Part shown: in pieces, positions 26,961-38,000 of the stretch
Layout: each line of letters begins with the position of its first letter
Numbering within the stretch: position 1 is the stretch's first letter
Source of the DNA: Phoronis australis
Lineage: Eukaryota; Animalia; Phoronida
Reading direction: 5' to 3'
NCBI GenBank assembly: GCA_002633005.1
Contig: NMRA01000957.1
Coordinates: forward strand, 24,990 to 88,989
DNA length: 64,000 nt
The notes under the pieces: model-generated
The model's input: only the letters and a program-made list of their open reading frames with translations
Databases searched by the model: none
Told to the model about the DNA's origin: nothing
Program-made: the position numbers and the translations under genes

Positions 26961-28565
26961 AATAGCAAATCAGAAATAGGCTCATCTAATCTATCTATCA
27001 CTGTCCAGGATTGGAACCAAGCGAACCTCTTCTTGAAATATCAAATGCAAAAACGGTATCGAGGAAGAGTCCCAAAATGATTCGATGAACTTGCTCCATC
27101 AAATATTGCCGGAATCATCAATGACAAATATAGGTAAAAAATGCCATGAATCGTCTCTGACCCAGTTTCAAACTGTAAATGCTCCAAGCATCGTTGCTTC
27201 CACTACTAGCGAAACTGTCAGCGAATTGCGCGTTGATGAAATATGCGACATGTTGACAATGGGTATACTTACAGAAACGTCAGTGACGTACATTCGTCTA
27301 ATATAGTTCAAGGACAAGAATCGAATCAGTCTTCACTTAAAAAATTAGATGCATTCACTAGCGAAACTGGCAGCAGTTTCCATGACGAAGATAAAACATC
27401 ATACGAAACGTTGAATATTTTATCACATGGAGATATGTCTAATAACGTCACAGGCAACAGTAGGCTAACGTTGAACCGTTGTTCCAGAGCCCACAGTAAA
27501 GCATATCATTATCCCTTTAAAGCCAGTGAATTGCGTCGATCAAGGCAACATTTCAAATGCCGAAAAAATAAGATTTTGAAAAAGGAGCCATAACAACCAG
27601 GAAAAACTCTTTTTCCCGAAAAAAGAGGATCGGACAGACCGTTACTGCTTCCAACAAGTGTTCTTTCACACCCCTATCGCACTCCTTAACCACCTAACAC
27701 AGTACCTGTTCTACATTCCACGAACAGGCCGAGGAAATTGTTTCACTCGGGGTCTGTTCAATTTTCAAGCTTTATCCCGGAAAATTTCCAAAACAGGCCC
27801 ATGGCGATAACTACACAACCCCTCCCCCCCATAAAGAACTACCCACACCATCACTGCTGGTCTTGGATATACTCCCACAAGTGGTGCTCTGTAGATCAGT
27901 GGCCAAAGGCATTGATCATCTATACTTGTAACTTTGATTTTTTTATTTAAGTATGTTTGTTTATCAAGAATTCGTATGATGACGAAAACAACTTGACTCG
28001 TCGATTTATGAAAGAGGACAGTAACAGAACTGGGGTTGTGCATTACGTGGGCCCTTAGTTCACAACCACGGGTTGGCAACGTTTACTACGACCTGCTTCA
28101 TTACTTGGGTGATTGAATACAGTAAAACCGATTCATCTTTCATAAAAATTTACAGATTTTTTAGTCATTTGTTAGACAAAAAAGGATGCTAAAAACTAAT
28201 ACAGTATCAATCAAAGAACGCATAACGCTGCATTTCACGTCATCTAAGTACTGTATTGTAAACTAATTAGCAACCAAGCACCTGCTGAGTAATTGTCGTG
28301 ACATAATGTCAAGTGGCAGCTGTGTTTTCATGGACAACCATTTCATATTTCTTTTTTCACCAAGACGTAATTTACGATATATTAATTGTAGCTTTTCAAC
28401 CTGAAATAGTTGACTGTTTGTGTTTCCTGCTTTCAAGTACTTCCTTTCAAACTGGAACAGAGACCTCAGATTCGCATTTGAAGTTAAATCATCACCTATT
28501 TGGACACCAGTGTTCGTGCCGTCAATCATCCGTAAAACGAATCTCCCCGCTAAAAGAGAAGTAAT

Positions 28566-30896
28566 CAGTGGCGGATCTACGTTTTCAGTAAGGGGGGCTT
28601 AGGATTCCCGCAAAGGTCGAATCCTAGGCGCGTGGCGCCGAGCGGGGGAAACCCCCCTCCCGTGTAAGACATTTTTTTGTTTTTGTAGCCAAATAGTGAA
28701 ATTTCCATGCATCCTGGTAAGTTTCTGGCACTTAACTTGTCTCTGGAGTTTTTCTTAAGATAATTAAAAACCCTTCTCGATTTCGTCACATGAACTTGGC
28801 TCATAATTTTCGTGAAACCATATTGTGCACATATGGGTATGAGTCACCAGCAAAATTTTTTGTTGGAACATCTGCTTACACACACCTTTTTTAGCATACG
28901 AAAAGTCGTATACGAAAAAGTGTGGTGTGTATACAGGGGTTTAGACCACTTCCAAATATGCAAGAGCATAAGGAGCACCGACGGGGCGTAAAACTTGAAT
29001 ATCAGATGATCGCATAACAGCAGCCTCAAGTTGTTTAAGAACGAAGGACCTGTATTGTTAGTCGGGAAATAAACATATGTTCTGTCTCGTTACGAGAAAA
29101 ACTGGGGAACGATGGTGCTCTCAGCTCATAGTCTATCATTAAAAGCGACAATAAATAATTAAATATCACTTTATTAAGCTGAATCACGTTGACAACAATT
29201 GAAAAATGTCAAATGTTTCAGAAAACAAATCATCTGAAAACAGTTTCACGAAACTAAAACATCCTGTGCACAGTGGTGAAAAGATATACTGGACTAGTTT
29301 GCGGAGAGACCATGTACACTGAGAGTACACAAAAAGGCTGACCTGGTCCGTCACTAGACCAAGAGTACACCTGTGCTCATTATCCCTATAAAAATAGAAG
29401 ATCTGTCGCCGGACCAAACAATACTGGCTGAGATAAATAGTTTTACAAAGCACACTTTGGTAAAAAAAATCACAAGACTAGTTCGCCGAGGGACCAGAAG
29501 TACACTGAAACTCAACATCTACACAAGTCAAGCTGGCCTGGTCCGTCGCGAAGCCTAAAGAGTACTATGCAAAAAATTTTGAATTGAAAACTTCTCTCTA
29601 GACACTTTTTAATCCCCAGTGGTTACTCATACGTTAGTCCTATCCTTCTGTTGTCAAGACTGCCGAGGAATCTGTATATCGGATCCAATGGCTTGCTCGT
29701 CTTGGAACCATTCTACCTAGATATCTTCGATGTTTGTTCTCAACGCTTGCACTTCGTCAACTGCTGTGTCAATGAGCTTGTAAGTCTCTACAATGTCAGC
29801 ATCTCGTTTCGCAGCTCAGTTGGCACTAAGACCCTTGAGGTTGCCAAGTCCATTCAAAAGACTTACATGCGCAACTAGATTTGATCCGTTCATCATGAAC
29901 TGCTTCAAACCTTGACGATGTATCCCAGGACCTATTTGCATCTCTTGTAATTTTCGAAATAAAAGTCCCAATGTCTGAACGCTTGAAACCCGAAGTACTA
30001 ACATCATGCGCATGAGCGTTTCATCGGGTGGCCTTTCTGCGGAAATTCCCAGCATAGAAGACGGCAGACGTGTTTATTGCAGGTAGAAAGACGGTAGGTG
30101 TTGAGGTCGGAACTAGGGCTCCTTAGGAGGCCTATTGAACATCGCAAGAGTCCCGCAAGACTTTGTTGTGAAAGAACAGCCTCTCCGCAATTTCTGGTAC
30201 TGTACACTGTTTGCGAATGCAGTCACTTTGTCAATGTGAGTCACACCTTGGTCATTCCTTGAATAGAACTTGTTAGAGTGTATCTTCAAACGGACTCGCG
30301 ACCAGGCCACGGCGCCCGCCACAATAGCAATTCTTCGGAAAAAGAATTTTTCTTTCAAAAATATTACATATACATGTACACTGTATGATATTACTCAAGA
30401 CAACTTTACTATACATCAGTTACAAACGTGTGGAGTGTAATAGAATGACACGGCATGACAGATGAGGTAAAAACGTTGCACTTAAATTCGCCTGAATATC
30501 AGTGGTTGCGGCACCACAGTATTTCCCCTAATCAAATCAAAGCATATCTTAGAGTAAAGAAGCTAGTTACCTAAAGAAATCAGCTATAGAACAGCTCTTT
30601 CAGCGGTGGATCCATCTAAGATGCTTGGCTACTTCAGAAGTGTCGACGGAAGCGCGCCCACAATTGATCTCCGCGCGTTTTGCCGATGAGCCAAGGAGAC
30701 TCAGCAATTCACAATGCAAAAAATTATATTTTCAGAGTGAACGCCCCCCCCCCCCCTCAATTTTTTCCATGTTGGTTTACTTGGGGTTTACACACGCTAG
30801 CGGTGCCGTTTTTGTTTTGCTGGAGACGTTTTTGTTTTTTTATTTTTGGGTCCTGGTCCAAGGGGGGGNCCCCCCCCCCCCGTAGATCCGCCACTG
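28566..30896 (-). mobile_element. 2.3-kb non-autonomous hAT element (5-bp TSD) carrying a decayed transposase fragment
   Basis: Perfect TIRs CAGTGGCGGATCTAC / GTAGATCCGCCACTG; GTAAT on both flanks (28561-28565, 30897-30901); both subterminal regions resemble the 23928-24165 MITE. Minus strand ~29600-30050 reads LKGLSAN*AAKRDADIVETYKLID...LRTNIEDI*VEWF...IQIPRQS*QQKDRTN, resembling P52rIPK/THAP12-type hAT transposase. Confidence 0.8.
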
Positions 30897-32011
30897 GTAA
30901 TTACATCACTATACAATGTACCTTGAACCTACCGCAAATATATATACCACCTCAGTACCTCGAAAAGTTATAGGCTAGACCCAACCTTCTGGAAATAGAG
31001 AGTACATTTTGAAGTAATGATCGAGCCACCAGACTTTGCAACTAGGGAACACAAAGTAATTGTGGTCGATACTTGCTCTAATGTTGCCACAGCTTAAGTG
31101 CACTTAGAACTCCGAATCAGATGTCTCTTGTTTGTTTTTCCAACTATATTTTTACAGCGTGTGCACTTTCTGGTGAAAGCCTAGAATCAGTGTTCTGTTT
31201 GTATATTAATTGCCCTCTTATCACGTAAGCTCGTTTTGGGGTGGTGCTTCCTAGATGATGCAAATGTGATACAAACAATAATATGACAAAATATTGGTCA
31301 AGTGTCACATGCAGAAGAAAATCATACAAGGCCATTGATTAAAATCTCAGTACGACTAAGGAATCCCTTGTAATTAACAAGTATGTACCTAGTATAAAAT
31401 TTGCGTGATATTGTAAGCGGTCAAACGGGGTCGAATTATTAGCAAATGGCCACTCGTTTTTTACTAATTTTATGTCATTATAAGTAGTATTCACTACAAT
31501 GGACCCACTTATGATGTCCGTTCTTACGCGGATTTGAACAGAATGTCACGGTAATTATTGTTTCGGTCCAAAAAACGAATGCGGATAGATTCCTCGATTA
31601 TTTCCGTAAGTATTTCATGATTTATTGTCAAATTGACAGATGTTATCATTAAAAATCAACAAAATTGATTCTCACCCGCTTATTCAACGTACCTTCGCAT
31701 TATTTCTATCTGAAGACCAACCTACTTCATTTTAATTCATTTGCTTTATGAGATCTCGGCGCTAGGGATAGCAGACGGGAATCAAGACGATTATTAGTGA
31801 ATTGCAAAAAGGCGATATTACGGATGGTTTTGAAACTGTAAAATATTTGGTACTTTTTCCAAGATAAGATATATTGTAGTAGCCAACTGGCTATCTTGAG
31901 CCTGCCTTGGAAGACTCGGTTCAGCACGTAGCGCCGCAGTACGGCTCCTTTGCGAAAACTAATCGGATATGCACATTAGGCATGCGCTAGATTCCGCAGT
32001 TTCGGCATTTG

Positions 32012-32024
32012 GTTGTTTGGAAAC
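32012..32024 (+). promoter_or_regulatory. Candidate RFX X-box upstream of IFT43
   Basis: GTTGTT-T-GGAAAC resembles the X-box GTNNYY-(N)-RGNAAC, 24 nt before the ATG; IFT genes are classic RFX targets. Confidence 0.5.
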
Positions 32025-32048
32025 TGACAAGTGACAAAAGCTTAGATT

Positions 32049-35000
32049 ATGGATGATGATCTAGATTTTTCACCTAGTTTGAAAAAGAAGGTATATACTT
32101 TAGATTTTGGTCCTACCACAATTATAACAAGCTATTTCCTGTTGCTTGCGGCATTATAGAAATCTTGAGAGTTTGGATATTGCTGTGTCTGTGACGAGCT
32201 GAGTTGCCGTTGCCGTAGCCGTTGCCGTTGCCGTTGGCTGCTGGCATTGACGAGATTTTCTTGTTTCATTCCTGGGGCAGCGTGCCCGTGTGGCTACGTG
32301 TCGGATATAATGGACCCTGATTTAGAGAACCAGGCAATCACTAAATAACGGCCCCGTTATTTAGACTTTAGTGGATGAAACTGGTTCTCTAAATCAATGT
32401 CCATATCCGACTTAAGTTAGTTGTGCCTTTCTGCTCGCACGCTTTCCCGGTAGATACTGCCATATTTTGAATGGAAGGAGTTGTCTGGCTGCAAAAAAAT
32501 GAACTATTCTAGCGACACCCATATCATAATGCAGAGTGTCGCTCTTCCATAAGTTCAAACTGTGCGACCGAGGCCTGTTGACCCTGCATGGCGGGCCCTG
32601 GTATGCATCCACTAACAAGAATCCACAAAAAACAGGGTTATTTTCAAGTTCCAAATTGGTGAAAATTGTAGGCCTATCACTTCAGGGAATTTCGTAGAAA
32701 AGGGGTCAAATTATCACTGTTCTAAAAATTATGGAAAAGGGTGAAATTGTGCCCCTTGTTGCTCCACGTTATCTACGGAAAACTTTAGTGGGGAATCTCG
32801 CGCTGGCAAGAACACCATTCAGAATCGATGATGCTGTTTCATTTATTAGAAACAGGTGTCGCTGTAATTTTGAGTTGAGCGAACATGCGGAGGTGTCATC
32901 TGGGAAATAGTGCAAACAGAAGTTTGACGAAATGCAGTAGGGGACACATTCATATATTTTTGGAATGAGAACAAGAGACAGAATGATACCAAAATCATGT
33001 GTGTAGGTCAATGTCATCATATTAACTCTTGCTTTTCTCTCAGCTAGGTCTGCCGAAAGTATTCCCAATTAATACTAGTTTGAAATTGTCAGGCTCTGTG
33101 ACTATGTTGGCAGTGCTGTTTCAGCCCAAACTTAATCTACCTAAACTGTTGCCTGCTCCAAACTGATTCGGCGCACTTCAATTTGGCGCATGTTGGTGAG
33201 CCAAACTGATACCTTCGCCAAACTGAAGCTACCGTAAGTTACCAAGTTACTGCCAGTAGTTTATTGATTTTTTTACTCTTATCAAAACTGAAGTTGACGA
33301 CATTGAGTACCACATATGTAGGTTAATGGATTAATCACACGGGGAAGTGTCCTGAGAGACTATCATGCACCACCCAGCACTCATTGTCATCAATTTCAGT
33401 TCTGATAACTGTTAAAAAAATTATAAACCACCGGCAGTAAATTGGGAATTCACAACAGCTTCGGTTTGGCACAGGCATCAGTTTGGCTCACCAACCTGAG
33501 CCAAATTGAAGTGCGCCAAATAAGTTTGGTGCAGGCTTCAGTTTGGGCTGCAACAGTGCCACCGTCTCTATTTAGCAGTTGAGATGGTGATGTTTGCTTC
33601 AATTTTGCAGTAATCTTCAAGACCAACCCGTTCTAACAAACCCATAATCAAGAAAAGTTAGACCAAAGATAGGCCTATGTTTCTTCATTTTTGGTCAGTA
33701 TTAAGCTTCATAATGCTGTGCATTGAAGAAAAGGTTGACCTAACTTAGACAACTTCTTATGGTCAGTTTTCACCAGCATTAGGCGTCCTAATGTTGCACA
33801 CTGGAGAACAGTTTGCTGAATGACCACTTGTGTTCAGCATTGTTATCTGAATGGTTCCGTAATTTTTTCTTCTTTCAGTCAAATGTGAAGAAAGGAAGGC
33901 GTGCAAAAGACACTCGTGAACCGTCACCACCGCCCTCCTATAATGATGAAGAGGAACTCAATTTGTCCTTGAAGTCCAAGGAAGTATGTAAACTGCAATC
34001 ACCTCTTGCTTTACACATGTGGTCACGTTTGTGTTCAAAATTACCGCAATTGTTTAAGCTGCTAAGAACACGCCTTCTGCCAGAAGAGAACAACTTTTGA
34101 TTATGGCCACGTCCCAAACATAAAAATTGCAAATTCTTCGTTATTTGGGCAGTAAAGATAGCAGTACACAGAGCTTGGTATAAGCAAGTAAACGCTTGAA
34201 AATATGAGTAGAAAGAGTAAAATACAAGTACAAAATTGAAACCACTCGTATTATTCGAACCGTGCAGACCGGACATTCGGCGTATTTTGTTGTCACTTTT
34301 TACGAGCCCAAATCCTGAAGAATATGCCGTCGTTCATCACTCTAATTTTCAAGCAGACGTTTTTGCCTGAGTCGAGCACTGAGTGGAGATGGAAGACAAC
34401 CACGAAGTGATGGTTAACAACAGGAAATACTTTTATTCATGTTTTCTGTGTACACAATAGTAAAAGTTCCTGTGCTGTGCTACAGATGGCAGCAGCTATG
34501 GATCCTTGTTTGCAGAAATTGTCTCTTTTTGTTCTTAGAGGTGATTTCTGGTTTTTGGAAGAAATAACTGTTTGTTTTTGCTTGAGCACATACTCCACCA
34601 GGTGACGTGTTGGGGACCATAGGTCATTTTATGCAGTGCAGATAGTCTCAAGGAAACCCAATTGTCTGGTCTTTCCAGGCCAAAAATCACCTTTCAGTTG
34701 AATAAGGAACGAGGTGGGATAAGTTTTGCACCAGCAAGCAGTTCAAATCATCACAAGGAACCTCCCGTTTGGCTTCATCTCTAGATGACAGCAGTTTCTA
34801 AATTGAGGTTTAATTCAAATGTCAATCTAGTGACTTATTAAGCATCCCTTGTTATTTTGTTCAGCATCAGGACTCACAGGCCAGTTGTGTATACAATGGT
34901 TCAAAAAGTTACTATAGCATTTGTCAATGGGTGATGAGAACCAAAATTTAACGCAACTTTTTGGGCTAATTTTTAACGTATTTCTTCTGTTCCCAACTTA

Positions 35001-38000
35001 TTTTTTATGAGGAGTTCAATCTCAAAAGCCAAACGGTTGCAAAAGTCTATATCAATTGATTTTAACCAGTCTTTTTGCTGTGAAGCCATCGCTAATGTGG
35101 TAATTGCTCTACTCTGCACTATAGCACTTTTGATCAGATTTCCTGATAAAGCAGGCATCTTCAGTTACAAATTGACTTTTTCAAATCTATTGACGAAGTG
35201 CAAGGTGCCATGAAAAAGGCAGAGTTTCTAAAATACAAAAGCTAAGGAGGCAGTGTGCCCTAGTGGGATCAGTCTCCGCGCCTCCTGTACTCAAGGCTGT
35301 GGGTTAAGTCCCATTGGGGCACACTGCTACAGCCTATAGTCACGTCTCTAGGTCCTCAGCTCAGTTTTATTAAAAAAGCGTACGGTTCCTGGTGATCAGT
35401 GCAAGGGGCCCACCTGAGCAACCTACGCATATCTGGTGCACGTATACCAGACCACCTGCAATTATAATTATAGATAATACGAAGCTTTGCTCTTTATTGG
35501 CAGGCGGGTTTTAAGCAGCTTTAGGTGTGCTAGGTAGCCTCCAGTAGAATTCAGAGTCACAAGTTAGGCAGAGTGTGAGTTATGTCTTGTTAATCGATGT
35601 GGGCACGTTTTGAGTGTACAGGATGCCTCGTAACTTTGTTGTTTGTGTAAGAACTGTATAGAGATCACAGTGCCGTGAAATCTTGCTACTTGCCATTGTA
35701 TTTGCTTTAGTTAAATCGTCTAATTTTGTTTTGTGTAGGATGACCTGGATGAGGTAGGTTTGTTGTGTGTTATGTAACTGTGTGTAATATAACTTCAGTT
35801 CCGGTTGTCTCTTGCCAAAACTCTCTACATGGCTCAAACTACACTTCATGTTTCTATTTCATAATCTTCCTACGGTATTCATTAATTCACAGGACCGGTA
35901 TTGTAACAGTTAATTTCACTTCCTTCAAGCATGTCACTGTCATTTTCCCAGCACAACAATAAAAATGATTAGTAAAATTTTGTCTTTCCCTAGACTGCAG
36001 ATTAGAAAAACTATGATCTCTTCAAACATGGCATATGATTTTTAAAGCATGGCTTGAAGAGCTTTTCAAACGTGACTGAAGATCTTTAAACATGGCTCAG
36101 GGCATTGCAAATGTAGTTCAAGATGTGTAACATTGACTCTATATTAATAAATATGATTCAGGACTTTTTAAAACAGTCCTCTGGTCCATGTAAGAACATA
36201 ATTCACTCAAGCAGACATGATCTAGACTGACTTTCAGGCTATACTTGTTGAAGTCATTCATTCAAGCACTCAAGAGTCAAAAATTCACTATGTGCATTGC
36301 GACCAGTTGTGAATTAATTGCGTTCTAGTTGTGGGACAGAACCTTGTAATGGGTATTTAATCCAGTCAAAAACTGTCCAATCGTAGACAACTTACTGCAC
36401 AGGGAGTCCTTGTCAAGGGCAAAACTAAATTGTTGAAAGTGTGCAGAAAACAGACAGTGTGGGAACTGAAGTTTTCTCGCAGTGCATCTTGTCGCATTAT
36501 CTCATGTGCTAGTAACGAGACTTCCAAGGGTTAAGCAAAAGTTTATGTTAATTGCAATGTTAATGCTTTTTGTTTTAATGAATCTATCAAACATTTTTCA
36601 TTGTTTTTATTTTGAAACGGAAACATTTGTATGTGTAATGTTTATGTTTAAATGTACACATACACTCACATGTGTGTGTATGTGGGTGTATTATGCCGAC
36701 ATCCCTGTCAATACATCCGGCATCCTCGGCAGTATCTTCGAAACCTCTTGATAGATGCTCGTGAAATTTTGCAGATGTGTTTGTATTATGGATGGCTCAG
36801 CGTGAGTGAATTTGTGCATGGATCCGACCAGTGGTTTGTCCCCTAGTGGCAATTTTATTTTTTACGTTTTTCTCTTTATCTTCGGAGTTCCTGGTCGGAA
36901 TTTTATGAAATGTTGTGAAGAGGTTTCTATTAAAAAGACGATGACACCTTTTCATTTTCAGATAGATTCGACACACTGTAGTCCACCTAGTGTCCATTTT
37001 GTTATTTGGCATCTGTCTATGACAAGCGATTCTTAAGATCATAAAGAAAACTGGCGTTTAAAAGGGGACTGTAGTCAAAATAATGTTGCAGTTAATCGGT
37101 TCTAATATACAAATAAAACTCACATTTGCCTGACTTGCGTGCCAAACAAAAGCCAATTCGAATTCATGGTCAAAACACTGAATTCTGAAAGCGATCGCTG
37201 ATTGGCTGATGTGTCAGTGACGTGAACGGAGGGGTATCGGCTGCTTTACACATTCATTGCTTATGTCATATTTGAAGAGTTTACATCGTAATTTATCATT
37301 GTATCAATCGTCCTTAATTTTTATTGTTTGCCACAGTGCTGTAAAAGGTTCGCTATGCTTTTTTGTATGGCACCTGGTTGCTCAAACTCTTCGAAAAAGG
37401 AGTCTTCTAAAGGGATGGTCATCGCGTACCATCGCCGGGTTACCCAAGCCTTGGCCCAAAGCTCTGTTTAGATATAGGCCTACAGGTTTAAGCCGATATG
37501 GGTAAAAATGTACAAATAAAATCTGATTCAAATAAATGTCTAAGTCATCCTTGAGTAAACCTAGGAACCAGGTTCCTAGAGTAAACTAACTTCTGTATTT
37601 ACTGGTGTTGGAAATGTTAGCGATCGTTCATCGACTGCTGCTAGTAAAATTGTGATGTGTTCTCTCGAGTCGGCTTTTTGCGATTACGTCACCTGACCTT
37701 TACCAGTTTCTTTTCCCCCTGATTCTTTTATCAACGGTGTTCGTCGCTGACGGTACCTAGGTTGCGTACATGTTATAACAAATTAACGGAACTTGTTTCA
37801 TTTTGTTTCAAGTTTTTAGTGTTTTTACACCAGCAAACCGAATTTTTGANACTGAAGGTCTTTAAACATGGCTCAGGGCATTGCAAATGTAGTTCAAGAT
37901 GTGTAACATTGGCTCTATATTAATAAATATGATTCGGGACTTTTTTAAAACAGTCCTGTACTCCATGTAAGAACATATATTATATTATATATTATAGCAG

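Noticed and set aside
30601-30896. Separate short MITE starting at CAGCGGTGGATCC
   Set aside because: Its left flank does not match GTAAT; the right TIR pairs better with 28566.
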